Below are positions 8,911 through 19,290 of a stretch of DNA of 64,000 nt, piece by piece. Below the pieces are notes generated by a model. That model worked only from the letters and a program-made list of their open reading frames with translations, did no database searches and had not been told where the DNA came from. Source of the DNA: Clostridium sp. CAG:632. GTDB taxonomy: Bacteria; Bacillota; Clostridia; Lachnospirales; Lachnospiraceae. The translations under genes and the position numbers were made by a program. Each line of letters begins with the position of its first letter. The stretch's first letter is position 1. The stretch is from the NCBI GenBank assembly GCA_000431515.1, contig HF991345.1, forward strand, positions 4,200 to 68,199, read 5' to 3'.

Positions 8911-9594
8911 ATGAAGATTTTTGAATGGAAGTACATCTTTATATTTCTGCCGAAGCTGTTACCAATGCTTCCAATCACACTGTTGATATGGATTCTGTCA
9001 GTCGTGGGAGCATTGATATTGGGAGCAGGGTTTATGGTTATCCGGGAGAAGAAGATCCCGGTCCTGTCCCAGCTGGTGCGGGTGATCATGTCGATCATCC
9101 GTGGATTCCCACCGCTGACACAGCTGTTTGTATTCTATTACGGACTGCCGAAGCTCCTGTCATTGGTCGGAATCGATGTCAACGACTGGGCACCGCTGGT
9201 GTTCGTTGTGCTGGCATACGCATTGGGACAGAGTGCAACGGTGATGGAGACGTTCCGGTCTGCATTCGCCAGTGTCGGCAAGGGACAGACGGAAGCGGCT
9301 TATTCGATCGGTATGATGAACCGGATGGCATTTTTCCGGGTAACTCTGCCGCAGGCGATGGTGGTGGCACTTCCGAATTTTTCCAATCTGTGCATTTCAA
9401 CATTGAAGAATACGTCCATTGCATTCTCGGTCGGCGTGGTTGAAATCGTGGCAAGAGCCAATCAGCTCTCCGGAGCCATGCAGCATAAGATGGAAAGCTA
9501 TATTGCGCTGGCAATCATATATTATGTAATCTATCTGTTCCTGAAAAAGGGATTTAATGTATTAGAGAAGAAGTTCTCATTCGAGAAATACTAG
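8911..9594 (+). CDS. Amino-acid ABC transporter permease (HisM/GlnP family)
   Basis: Multi-TM protein with an EAA-like loop (EAAYSIGMMNRMAFFRVTLPQA). Confidence 0.8.
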   Translation: MKIFEWKYIFIFLPKLLPMLPITLLIWILSVVGALILGAGFMVIREKKIPVLSQLVRVIMSIIRGFPPLTQLFVFYYGLPKLLSLVGIDVNDWAPLVFVVLAYALGQSATVMETFRSAFASVGKGQTEAAYSIGMMNRMAFFRVTLPQAMVVALPNFSNLCISTLKNTSIAFSVGVVEIVARANQLSGAMQHKMESYIALAIIYYVIYLFLKKGFNVLEKKFSFEKY

Positions 9595-9607
9595 AGGAGG
9601 AACGCAA

Positions 9608-10321
9608 ATGGTATTCAATTTTGAATTTTGTCTTGAAGTCCTGAAAAAATGTGTACAGGCGATTCCTCTGACCTTGTATCTGACGCTCTGGGCGTTCCTG
9701 ATCGGAATGGTGATCGCAATCGTGATCGCGCTGATCCGTTATAAGGAAGTCCCGGTATTAAATAAGATATTTCAGTTCTATGTATCGTTCATCCGGGGAA
9801 CTCCGGTTATGCTGCAGCTGTACATTGTATACTATATGATCCCGATGGCGCTGGATGCGATTCTGGAGAAGACGGATATTGCATTCCGGACCAATCAGAT
9901 TGAGATTAAGGTACTCGTATTGATCGCACTGGCATTAAACGTATCGGCATATCTGTCTGAGATTATCCGTGGTGGTCTGATCTCGCTCGGAAAGGGAGAA
10001 ATCGAGGCGGCGTATTCCATTGGTATGACACCGGCGATGGTGGTACGCAGAATCATTATTCCGCAGGTGTTTGTACAGTGTATTCCGAACTTCTCGGCGA
10101 ACCTGATCAGTGTCCTGCAGGCATCCTCTCTGGCATACTTCGTATCCCTTCAGGAGGTAACCGGAACGGCTAAGGTCATGGCAAGCAGCAACTGGAAATA
10201 CTTTGAAGCATTCGTTGCAACCGGTATCATCTACTGGCTGCTGACGGTAATTATCGAGTTAGTCACTTACGGACTGGAACGTGCGGCAGAAAGGAATGGA
10301 TATCAGTTGAAGAAGCAGTAA
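9608..10321 (+). CDS. Amino-acid ABC transporter permease (second subunit)
   Basis: Paralogous to the preceding permease (EAAYSIGMTPAMVVRRIIIPQ). Confidence 0.8.
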   Translation: MVFNFEFCLEVLKKCVQAIPLTLYLTLWAFLIGMVIAIVIALIRYKEVPVLNKIFQFYVSFIRGTPVMLQLYIVYYMIPMALDAILEKTDIAFRTNQIEIKVLVLIALALNVSAYLSEIIRGGLISLGKGEIEAAYSIGMTPAMVVRRIIIPQVFVQCIPNFSANLISVLQASSLAYFVSLQEVTGTAKVMASSNWKYFEAFVATGIIYWLLTVIIELVTYGLERAAERNGYQLKKQ

Positions 10322-10494
10322 GGGATGGGGTGCAAAAGGCAAAATAATCGCCTATTACGATGTCGGTTATTCTGTAGAACAGATTGCTGAAAAAGTTGGA
10401 ATCTCAGAGGAAAAGGTGCAGGAAATTCTTGCACTACAGTAGGAAGAGGCGCTTTAGGTACTTGACAAATAAATTTCCATATTGTAAGGTGTAA

Positions 10495-10785
10495 CTGGCT
10501 AGTGTTCAAAGGAATATAGACCATGAAAGGCATAGATGGAGACAGTAGCACTCTCAGAACACGATAGAGAGCCGGGGATGGTGGAAGCCCGGTGTCAGTA
10601 TGGAGATTGTGAAGATCACTCCGGAGCTGCAGACCGAATCAGACAAGTAGGCTCTGACGTGATTCCTGCGTTAACGGGAAGATGGGTGAATGCGCGAGCA
10701 GAGATAGGAGCAGAGCCCGGAAGAAATTAGGTGGTATAGCGAATAATGGAACCTTCGTCCTAATGGATGATGGTTCCTTTTTTAG
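10495..10785 (+). promoter_or_regulatory. T-box leader (tRNA-Ile-responsive) upstream of ileS, with a terminator hairpin
   Basis: T-box-like AAATTAGGTGGTA at about 10724-10737. Terminator ggaacc...ggttcc plus TTTTTT at 10748-10784. AGAGA and GA motifs and ATC-containing loops upstream. A possible -35 TTGACA sits at 10462. Confidence 0.55.
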
Positions 10786-10872
10786 TATAAATCCGCAAAG
10801 CATGTTGTATCGCGGGTTTATTTCAGCAGGAGACAGAAACCCTGCAAGTTTGATACAGAAAGGAAGAAGAGC

Positions 10873-13800
10873 ATGTACGAAAAGGTATCAACGAACTTAA
10901 ACTTCGTAGAACGGGAAGCGAAAGTGGAACAGTTCTGGAAGGACAACAAGATTTTTGAAAAAAGTGTAGAAGAGAAAGAAGGATGTCCGGTCTATACATT
11001 TTATGACGGACCTCCGACAGCCAATGGTAAACCACACATCGGTCACGTGTTGACGCGTGTTATTAAGGATATGATCCCGAGATATCAGACTATGAAGGGA
11101 CATAAGATTATTCGTAAGGCCGGCTGGGATACCCATGGTCTTCCGGTAGAGCTGGAGGTTGAGAAACAGCTTGGACTGGATGGCAAGGAGCAGATCGAGG
11201 AATACGGTCTGGAGCCATTTATTGAGAAGTGTAAGGAAAGTGTCTGGAAATACAAGGGTATGTGGGAGGAATTCTCCGGCAAGGTTGGTTTCTGGGCAGA
11301 TATGGATGATCCATATGTAACCTATCATAATGATTTCATTGAGTCCGAATGGTGGGCATTGAAGAAGATCTGGGAAAAGGGATTGCTGTATAAGGGCTTT
11401 AAGATTGTACCTTACTGCCCACGTTGCGGTACTCCGTTGTCTTCTCATGAGGTAGCACAGGGCTACAAGGCAGTGAAGGAGCGGTCCGCAGTTGTCCGGT
11501 TCAAGGTGGTTGGTGAGGATGCTTATTTCCTGGCATGGACCACAACACCATGGACCCTGCCAAGTAATGTGGCACTTTGTGTAAACCCGGATGAGAATTA
11601 CTGTAAGGTAAAGGCTGCAGATGGTTATACTTATTATATGGCAGAGGCACTGCTGGATACCGTGCTTGGTAAGCTGGCAACCGAGGAAGCACCTGCCTAT
11701 GAGGTGCTGGATACCTTCAAGGGTACTGCTCTGGAATATAAAGAATATGAGCCATTGTTCCGTGTAGCAGCAGACCTGGCTGCAAAGCAGGGAAAGAAAG
11801 GTCATTATGTGACCTGCGATACCTATGTAACGATGAGTGATGGTACCGGTATCGTTCATATTGCGCCTGCATTTGGTGAAGACGATGCCAAGGTAGGACG
11901 GAAATATGACCTTCCATTTGTACAGCTGGTAGACGGAAAAGGTGATATGACAGATAATACACCATATGGTGGTATCTTTGTTAAGAAAGCAGATCCGTTG
12001 GTATTGGAGGATCTGGATAAGCAGGGACTGCTGTTTGATGCACCGAAGTTCGAGCATGATTATCCGTTCTGCTGGAGATGTGATACTCCATTGATCTATT
12101 ATGCGAGAGAGTCCTGGTTCATTAAGATGACAGAAGTTCGTGAGGATCTGATTAAGAACAATAATACCGTAAACTGGATTCCGGAGAGTATTGGTAAAGG
12201 CCGTTTCGGTGACTGGCTTGCCAATGTACAGGACTGGGGCGTTAGCCGTAACCGTTACTGGGGTACTCCGTTAAATATCTGGGAGTGTGAATGCGGTCAC
12301 CGTCATGCGATCGGTTCTATTGAGGAGCTAAAGCAGCTGTCCGACAATTGTCCGGATGATATTGAACTGCACCGTCCATTTATTGATGAGGTAACCTTCA
12401 AGTGTGAGAAATGTGGCGGCGAGATGCATCGTGTACCGGAGGTAATCGACTGCTGGTTCGATTCCGGATCCATGCCGTTTGCACAGTGGCATTATCCATT
12501 TGAGAATGAGGATATCTTTAAGGAGAATTTCCCGGCTGACTTTATCAGTGAGGCCGTTGACCAGACCCGTGGATGGTTCTATTCTCTGATGGCGATTTCA
12601 ACGCTGCTGTTTAATCAGGCACCGTATAAGAATGTTATCGTGCTTGGACACGTACAGGATAAAGACGGACAGAAGATGAGTAAGTCTAAGGGAAATGCAG
12701 TTGATCCGATGGAAGCACTGAACAAATACGGTGCAGATGCGATCCGCTGGTATTTCTACAGTAATTCCGCTCCTTGGCTGCCGAACCGGTTCCATGAGGA
12801 TGCGGTTGTGGAAGGTCAGAGAAAGTTCATGGGTACTCTGTGGAATACCTATGCATTCTATGTATTGTATGCAGAGATCGATCAGTTTGATCCGACCAAA
12901 TACAGTCTGGAATATGATAAGCTGGCCGTTATGGATAAATGGCTGCTGTCTAAGTTAAATACAGTCATTAAGGAAGTAGATGAAGCACTTGGCGCATATA
13001 AGATTCCGGAAACGACCCGTGCACTGGCAGAGTTTGTGGATGATATGAGTAACTGGTATGTAAGACGCTGCCGTGACCGTTTCTGGGCAAAGGGAATGGA
13101 GCAGGATAAGATCAATGCGTATATGACACTTTATACCGCGCTGGTAACGATCTGTAAGCTGTCTGCACCGATGATTCCGTTTATGACAGAGGATATTTAT
13201 CAGAATCTGGTTCGCGGTCTGGATAAGACGGCACCGGAGAGTATTCATCTGTGTGACTTCCCGGCAGCGGATGAGGCATATATTGATACAGAGCTGGAAG
13301 CAGATATGGATGAGGTCCTTCATGTTGTAGTCCTGGGCCGTGCGGCAAGAAACCTTGCAAACATCAAGAACCGTCAGCCGATCGGTACCATGTATATCAA
13401 GGCTGCAAAGGAATTATCTGAGTTTTATGCAGAGATCATCGAGGATGAGCTGAATGTAAAGAAGGCAGAATTCAGAGAGGATGTATCAGAGTTTACATCT
13501 TATAGCTTCAAGCCACAGCTCCGTACTGTTGGACCGAAGTATGGTAAGCAGCTCGGTGGCATTAAGCAGTATCTGTCACAGGTAGATGGCAATGCTGCCA
13601 TGGCTGAGCTGAAGGAAAAGGGAAGTATTACATTTGACGTTGCAGGAGTTACCGTGTCCTTGACAGAAGAAGATCTGCTGATCGATATGGCACAGACAGA
13701 AGGCTTTGTAAGCCAGCAGGATAATTATGTAACGGTTGTTCTGGATACGAAGCTGACTCCGGAACTGATCGAGGAAGGCTTTGTCCGTGAAATCGTATCA

Positions 13801-14031
13801 AAGGTACAGACCATGCGTAAGGAAGCAGACTTCCGGGTAACCGACCAGATTGTAATATATGTAGATAATAATGAAAAGATTGCGAATATTATTATTCGGA
13901 ATGCAGATACCATCAAGCATGACACCCTGGCGCAGATTATTGAGATTGGCAAGATGGCAGGTTTCACAAAGGAATGGAACATCAATGGCGAAAAGGTTAC
14001 CTTTGGTGTGACACAGAAGAATCTGGATTAG
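10873..14031 (+). CDS. ileS: Isoleucine--tRNA ligase (type 2, long form)
   Basis: Class-I motifs PHIGH and KMSKS. CP1 editing-domain signatures. 1052 aa. Confidence 0.95.
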   Translation: MYEKVSTNLNFVEREAKVEQFWKDNKIFEKSVEEKEGCPVYTFYDGPPTANGKPHIGHVLTRVIKDMIPRYQTMKGHKIIRKAGWDTHGLPVELEVEKQLGLDGKEQIEEYGLEPFIEKCKESVWKYKGMWEEFSGKVGFWADMDDPYVTYHNDFIESEWWALKKIWEKGLLYKGFKIVPYCPRCGTPLSSHEVAQGYKAVKERSAVVRFKVVGEDAYFLAWTTTPWTLPSNVALCVNPDENYCKVKAADGYTYYMAEALLDTVLGKLATEEAPAYEVLDTFKGTALEYKEYEPLFRVAADLAAKQGKKGHYVTCDTYVTMSDGTGIVHIAPAFGEDDAKVGRKYDLPFVQLVDGKGDMTDNTPYGGIFVKKADPLVLEDLDKQGLLFDAPKFEHDYPFCWRCDTPLIYYARESWFIKMTEVREDLIKNNNTVNWIPESIGKGRFGDWLANVQDWGVSRNRYWGTPLNIWECECGHRHAIGSIEELKQLSDNCPDDIELHRPFIDEVTFKCEKCGGEMHRVPEVIDCWFDSGSMPFAQWHYPFENEDIFKENFPADFISEAVDQTRGWFYSLMAISTLLFNQAPYKNVIVLGHVQDKDGQKMSKSKGNAVDPMEALNKYGADAIRWYFYSNSAPWLPNRFHEDAVVEGQRKFMGTLWNTYAFYVLYAEIDQFDPTKYSLEYDKLAVMDKWLLSKLNTVIKEVDEALGAYKIPETTRALAEFVDDMSNWYVRRCRDRFWAKGMEQDKINAYMTLYTALVTICKLSAPMIPFMTEDIYQNLVRGLDKTAPESIHLCDFPAADEAYIDTELEADMDEVLHVVVLGRAARNLANIKNRQPIGTMYIKAAKELSEFYAEIIEDELNVKKAEFREDVSEFTSYSFKPQLRTVGPKYGKQLGGIKQYLSQVDGNAAMAELKEKGSITFDVAGVTVSLTEEDLLIDMAQTEGFVSQQDNYVTVVLDTKLTPELIEEGFVREIVSKVQTMRKEADFRVTDQIVIYVDNNEKIANIIIRNADTIKHDTLAQIIEIGKMAGFTKEWNINGEKVTFGVTQKNLD

Positions 14032-14118
14032 GTATTGTGAAATTCAGTTATTTCTGATAAAATATGATTGTATTTTTGGAAGTGTAACAGTAGAAAATGC
14101 TAAGGAGGCAATAGGGGC

Positions 14119-16575
14119 ATGAAGAAGATCGTCGATTTCGACAAAGAAGGATTCAAAAAAGAAGTGATCAACAACGTAAAAACGTTGTACCGTAAGACAA
14201 TTGATGAGGCAACCCAGCAGCAGGTATTTCAGGCAGTATGCTATGCGGTAAAAGATGATATTATTGACCGCTGGATCGCGACCCATAAAGAATATGAGAA
14301 GGAGAATGTTAAGACAGTTTATTATCTTTCCATGGAATTCCTGATGGGACGTGCATTGGGTAATAACCTGATCAATCTTACCTTCTATGATGAGATTAAG
14401 GAAGCTCTTGACGAGCTTGGATTTGACTTGAACGTAATTGAAGATCAGGAGCCGGATGCAGCACTGGGTAACGGTGGACTGGGTCGTCTGGCAGCATGTT
14501 TCTTAGACTCTTTGGCAACCTTGGGATATCCTGCATACGGATGTGGTATCCGGTATCGTTATGGTATGTTTAAGCAGGCTATCGTAGATGGTTATCAGGT
14601 AGAGAAGCCGGATGACTGGTTAAAGGACGGTAACCCGTTTGAGGTTCGTCGTGCAGAGTATGCATGCGAGGTCAAGTTCGGCGGCTATGTACGTGTGGAG
14701 AACCGGAACGGACGGAATTATTTCATTCAGGATGGTTATCAGACAATTCGTGCCGTACCGTATGATCTGCCGGTGATCGGTTATGGTAATAATGTAGTTA
14801 ACACCTTAAGAATCTGGGATGCAGAGGCAATTCAGGACTTTAATCTGGATTCCTTCGATAAGGGTGAATATCAGAAGGCCGTAGAGCAGCAGAATCTGGC
14901 AAGAACTATTGTTGAGGTATTGTATCCGAATGATAACCACTATGCCGGTAAGGAATTAAGATTAAAGCAGCAGTATTTCTTTATTTCTGCTTCTATTCAG
15001 ACAGCAATTAAGAAGTTTAAGGAGAATAACAGTGACCTTCATGATATTCCGAAGAAACTGGTATTCCAGTTAAATGATACACATCCGACAGTAACCGTTG
15101 CAGAGTTAATGCGTATCCTGATGGATGAAGAAGGCATGGAATGGGATGAAGCATGGGAGATCACAACACATACCTGCGCATACACCAACCATACCATTAT
15201 GGCAGAGGCACTGGAGAAATGGCCAATCGAGTTGTTCTCAAGACTGCTTCCTAGAGTATATCAGATTATTGAAGAGATTAACCGTCGTTATGTAGCTGAG
15301 ATCGAGGCTAAGTATCCAGGAGATCAGTCAAAGGTTAAGAATATGGCAATCCTGTACGATGGACAGGTTAAGATGGCACATCTGGCAATCGCAGGTTCCT
15401 TCTCTGTAAACGGTGTTGCAAAGCTGCATACCGAGATTTTGGAGAAGCGTGAGCTGAAGGATTTCTACGAGATGCGTCCGGAGCAGTTCAATAATAAGAC
15501 AAATGGTATTACCCAGAGAAGATTCCTGTTGCATGCGAATCCATTGCTTTCTAACTGGGTTACTGACAAGATCGGTGATGAGTGGATCACAGACTTAAGC
15601 CAGATGTCAAAGCTGAAGGTATATGTAGATGATGCAAAGTGCCAGCAGGAGTTCATGAACATCAAGTATCAGAACAAGATCCGTCTGGCAAACTACATCA
15701 AGGAGCACAATGGTATCGACGTAGATCCACGTTCAATCTTTGATGTACAGGTTAAGCGTCTGCATGAGTATAAGAGACAGTTACTGAATATTTTACATGT
15801 TATGTATCTGTACAATGAATTAAAGACCAATCCGGGTATGGATATCGTACCTAGAACCTTTATTTTCGGTGCAAAGGCAGCAGCCGGATATAAGCGTGCA
15901 AAGCTGACGATCAAGCTGATCAATTCCGTAGCAGATGTTATCAACAACGATGCATCTATTAATGGCAAGATCAAGGTTGTATTTATTGAGAATTATCGTG
16001 TATCAAATGCAGAGATCATCTTTGCCGCAGCTGATGTCAGCGAGCAGATTTCAACTGCATCCAGAGAGGCATCCGGTACCGGTAACATGAAGTTCATGTT
16101 AAATGGTGCATTGACACTGGGTACCATGGATGGTGCAAACGTTGAGATCGTAGAAGAAGTAGGCATTGAGAATGCATTTATTTTCGGTCTGTCAGCAGAA
16201 GAGGTTATGAAGTATGAGCGTGAGGGTGGATATAATCCAATGGATATCTACAACAACAACCAGGCAGTTCGTACAGTATTGACCCAGCTGATCAACGGAT
16301 TCTATTCTCCGGATGATCCGGAACGGTTCCGTGAGCTGTATGATGCGCTGACTAAAGAGGATGTTTATTTCATTCTGAAGGATTTCGATTCATATGCAGA
16401 AGCACATAGAAAAGTTGATGCAGCATACAGAGATGAAGCTGCATGGGCAAGATCAGCAATGTTAAATACTGCATGTGCCGGAAAGTTCTCATCTGACAGA
16501 ACCATTCAGGAATATGTAGATGATATCTGGAAGCTGAAAAAGGTAACGGTTAAGCTGCCAAAGACCGGTAAGTAA
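14119..16575 (+). CDS. glgP: Glycogen/alpha-glucan phosphorylase
   Basis: PLP-site signature EASGTGNMKFMLNGALTLGTMDGANVE. 818 aa. Confidence 0.9.
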   Translation: MKKIVDFDKEGFKKEVINNVKTLYRKTIDEATQQQVFQAVCYAVKDDIIDRWIATHKEYEKENVKTVYYLSMEFLMGRALGNNLINLTFYDEIKEALDELGFDLNVIEDQEPDAALGNGGLGRLAACFLDSLATLGYPAYGCGIRYRYGMFKQAIVDGYQVEKPDDWLKDGNPFEVRRAEYACEVKFGGYVRVENRNGRNYFIQDGYQTIRAVPYDLPVIGYGNNVVNTLRIWDAEAIQDFNLDSFDKGEYQKAVEQQNLARTIVEVLYPNDNHYAGKELRLKQQYFFISASIQTAIKKFKENNSDLHDIPKKLVFQLNDTHPTVTVAELMRILMDEEGMEWDEAWEITTHTCAYTNHTIMAEALEKWPIELFSRLLPRVYQIIEEINRRYVAEIEAKYPGDQSKVKNMAILYDGQVKMAHLAIAGSFSVNGVAKLHTEILEKRELKDFYEMRPEQFNNKTNGITQRRFLLHANPLLSNWVTDKIGDEWITDLSQMSKLKVYVDDAKCQQEFMNIKYQNKIRLANYIKEHNGIDVDPRSIFDVQVKRLHEYKRQLLNILHVMYLYNELKTNPGMDIVPRTFIFGAKAAAGYKRAKLTIKLINSVADVINNDASINGKIKVVFIENYRVSNAEIIFAAADVSEQISTASREASGTGNMKFMLNGALTLGTMDGANVEIVEEVGIENAFIFGLSAEEVMKYEREGGYNPMDIYNNNQAVRTVLTQLINGFYSPDDPERFRELYDALTKEDVYFILKDFDSYAEAHRKVDAAYRDEAAWARSAMLNTACAGKFSSDRTIQEYVDDIWKLKKVTVKLPKTGK

Positions 16576-16626
16576 TCAGGATATAATTGAATAAAAGGAT
16601 TGCTTCATGCAGTCCGGCAACAGAAG

Positions 16627-16657
16627 GCTCTGATCATAGATATGGTCAGAGCTTTTT
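16627..16657 (+). terminator. Rho-independent terminator after glgP
   Basis: 12-bp stem gctctgatcata/tatggtcagagc with one G-U pair, a 2-nt loop, then TTTTT. Confidence 0.55.
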
Positions 16658-16722
16658 GTATTACAGGTTGTATGAATAGAAAAAGAAAATTCGAATAGAT
16701 TTATAATGGAGGATAAATCTAT

Positions 16723-17607
16723 ATGAAAGAGAAATTGATTATTATATTTGCCATGCTGGCACTGGCAATTGCAATCCCGTATTTCGGGACAATGGTTCTG
16801 ACCGGTACGATTGGTACAGAGCAGGAGACTCTGAACAACGTAGATACCGGCAGGACGGTATCCCTGGAGCTGGATGGAACATATACAGTAATGGATGTGG
16901 AAACATATCTGGCAGGATGCTTGCCGGCGGTTCTGGATGGGGAGGAGGATCCTGAGCTGTGGAAGGCACTTGCAGTCATTGAGCGGACAAACATCTATAA
17001 AAAGATGGACGGACAGGGCAATATTGATGAGGCGGATCTCGGCATGCGCTATATACAGGCAGAGGAATTGCAGTCCCGCTGGGGAGAGAAGCATTATAAG
17101 TCCTATTGTGAGAAGATAGAAGCGGCAGTTCTGGAAACGAAGGGACAGATCCTGACTTATGATGGGGAGTGTATAGATGCGCTGTATCATAGAATCAGTA
17201 CCGGTGCAACGGTCAGTGCGGAGGAATTATTCGGAGAGCCGATACCGTATCTGGTATCCGTGATCAGCAGTCATGATGTAGAAGCAAAGGATTATATGTA
17301 TCTGGAATATGTGCCGAAGGAGCAGACCGGTGAACTGAAAATCCTGGAGAGTACGGAACATGGTTATGTAAAAAAGGTATTGAAAGACGGAACGGAGCTG
17401 ACCGGTGAGGAAATGCAGGAGGAGTATCAGCTGCCTTCCCGGAATTTCTATATAGAGGACATGGGAGATCGGTACCGGATCGTGTGTCTGGGGCAGGGAC
17501 ATGGGATGGGGCTCAGTATCTACGGGGCAATGCAGATGACCGAAGAAGGGAAAGGATATGAAGAAGTATTGCTCTATTATTATCCGGGCGTGCAACTTAT
17601 AAAATAG
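16723..17607 (+). CDS. spoIID: SpoIID/LytB-family cell-wall amidase enhancer / lytic transglycosylase
   Basis: N-terminal membrane anchor. ETYLAGCLPAV...ALAVIERT matches the SpoIID E..YL.GVV..E...EALKAQAVAART signature block. Confidence 0.65.
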   Translation: MKEKLIIIFAMLALAIAIPYFGTMVLTGTIGTEQETLNNVDTGRTVSLELDGTYTVMDVETYLAGCLPAVLDGEEDPELWKALAVIERTNIYKKMDGQGNIDEADLGMRYIQAEELQSRWGEKHYKSYCEKIEAAVLETKGQILTYDGECIDALYHRISTGATVSAEELFGEPIPYLVSVISSHDVEAKDYMYLEYVPKEQTGELKILESTEHGYVKKVLKDGTELTGEEMQEEYQLPSRNFYIEDMGDRYRIVCLGQGHGMGLSIYGAMQMTEEGKGYEEVLLYYYPGVQLIK

Positions 17608-17704
17608 GGTACGCATATAAAATATACTCGGAAACTCTGACAATATACGACAACCTCTTTACTTCTTACAGAGGAATGGTGTATTATTTTACAAGATACC
17701 ATCA

Positions 17705-19258
17705 ATGAGGAATAAGGGTTACAATATGAAACTGCGGAAAATAATTGTTATAGTATTGATATGTATAATAGTGGCAACCGGACTGGGAGCCGGAGTCTGT
17801 ATATTATTAAAACAAAGCATGTTTGCTGATGCGGAAGGCGGAATACAGGTAGACAGCCAGCTGCCTTTGGCAGAGAGCAGTACAGAGCTGGTCGAAGAAG
17901 AAGTCACCTCAGATACGGAAACAGAAGAGCCGGAGCCGGAACCGGAGCTGATCCCGTATGAAGATCAGGCTCTGGTAGATCTGGAGGATTACTCCAATGC
18001 ACCGGCGGACAATGGGTGTCCATACTATATAAAGGTGAATCGGTTGAAAAATGTTGTAACCATTTATGGACTGGAGGATGGATATTATACGAAGCCGGTG
18101 CGGGCAATGGTTTGTTCTGTGGGAAAGAATAACGGAACACCGGCAGGGACGTATCGGACATCGGATAAATATGAATGGCGGTTTCTTGTAGGGGACGTAT
18201 ATGGGCAGTATGCCTATCGTATTTCGGGACATATTATGTTTCATTCGGTTCCATACTATTCTATGAATAAAGGAGATCTGGAATCAGCAGAATATAATAA
18301 ATTGGGCGAAGCAGCCTCGCTGGGGTGTGTCCGGCTGGCAGTCAAGGATGCCAAGTGGATCTATGATAATTGCCCGGCAGGAACGCTGGTTACGATCTAT
18401 GACAGTGAATATGCGGGACCGCTTGGAAAGCCGGTGGCGGAGAATCTGAATCTGGATGATGAACGGGCATGCTGGGATCCGACCGATCCGGATGAAGAGA
18501 ATCCGTGGCAGGAGGATGAGATGCGTATTTTAGGAGCAGGATCACGTACGATCGAGCGGGGATGTACCTTTGATCCGCTTGCCGGTGTAACGGCTGTTGA
18601 CCGGAATGGAAATGACATCTCTGACAGAGTAAAGGTAATAGGAAAGGTAGATCCGGAAACCATAGGAACTTATCCTGTGACTTATCTGATCGAAAGCTAT
18701 GGGGGTGAAACGGTTTCGCTTGAAAGTGAGATCGAGGTGGCAGATACAATGGCACCGACGATCGAGCTGCTACAGGATGAGGTGACATTGAATCGTACAC
18801 AGGCATCCGTAGCAAATATACAGAAAGCGATCGGAGAAGCCGTGAAGGTGACAGATGGTGTAGAAGAATTGTCCGCAGATTATCTGAATATAGATGCGGG
18901 CAGTCTGGAAGGACAGGATTATGGATGGTTCCAACTCCCGGTTCAGGCAGAGGATGAGGCAGGGAACTGTTCAGAAACCGTTCTGATAACGGTACGTTTG
19001 GATCGTCAGCCACCAGTGATTCATGAACCATCTCGGAAAGAGTTTTCCGGCAGTTCGGAGGAGAGTATCCGGGAACAGCTGCTGGCAGCGGTATGGGTAG
19101 AAGACGCATATAGTGGTGTGGAGGATGTTTCGGTATCTTGGACAAAAGAGGCAGGCGCAGATACATATACCATTCTGTATACGGCACGGGACCGATATGG
19201 TAATGTAAGCAGTGAATTCTTTTATAATTATGTGATTTCTTTTGAAAACGGTGAATAA
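17705..19258 (+). CDS. L,D-transpeptidase (YkuD fold) with C-terminal Ig-like repeats
   Basis: HSVPYY...SLGCVRL catalytic His/Cys motif. N-terminal TM anchor. The C-terminal 250 aa look like beta-sandwich repeats. Confidence 0.7.
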   Translation: MRNKGYNMKLRKIIVIVLICIIVATGLGAGVCILLKQSMFADAEGGIQVDSQLPLAESSTELVEEEVTSDTETEEPEPEPELIPYEDQALVDLEDYSNAPADNGCPYYIKVNRLKNVVTIYGLEDGYYTKPVRAMVCSVGKNNGTPAGTYRTSDKYEWRFLVGDVYGQYAYRISGHIMFHSVPYYSMNKGDLESAEYNKLGEAASLGCVRLAVKDAKWIYDNCPAGTLVTIYDSEYAGPLGKPVAENLNLDDERACWDPTDPDEENPWQEDEMRILGAGSRTIERGCTFDPLAGVTAVDRNGNDISDRVKVIGKVDPETIGTYPVTYLIESYGGETVSLESEIEVADTMAPTIELLQDEVTLNRTQASVANIQKAIGEAVKVTDGVEELSADYLNIDAGSLEGQDYGWFQLPVQAEDEAGNCSETVLITVRLDRQPPVIHEPSRKEFSGSSEESIREQLLAAVWVEDAYSGVEDVSVSWTKEAGADTYTILYTARDRYGNVSSEFFYNYVISFENGE

Positions 19259-19290
19259 AAAGACCGCCTCCGGTAACACTAGTACCAGAG

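Noticed and set aside
8925-9443. 172-aa alternative + frame inside the first ABC permease
   Set aside because: The permease frame has the TMs and the EAA loop. The alternative frame is Gly/Arg-rich low complexity.
10897-12057. 386-aa minus-strand ORF
   Set aside because: It is antisense to ileS, whose frame carries the HIGH and KMSKS motifs. It is an artefact.
16576-17190. 204-aa minus-strand ORF
   Set aside because: It overlaps the SpoIID-family gene and its leader and has a low-complexity Cys/Ile-rich translation, so it is spurious.
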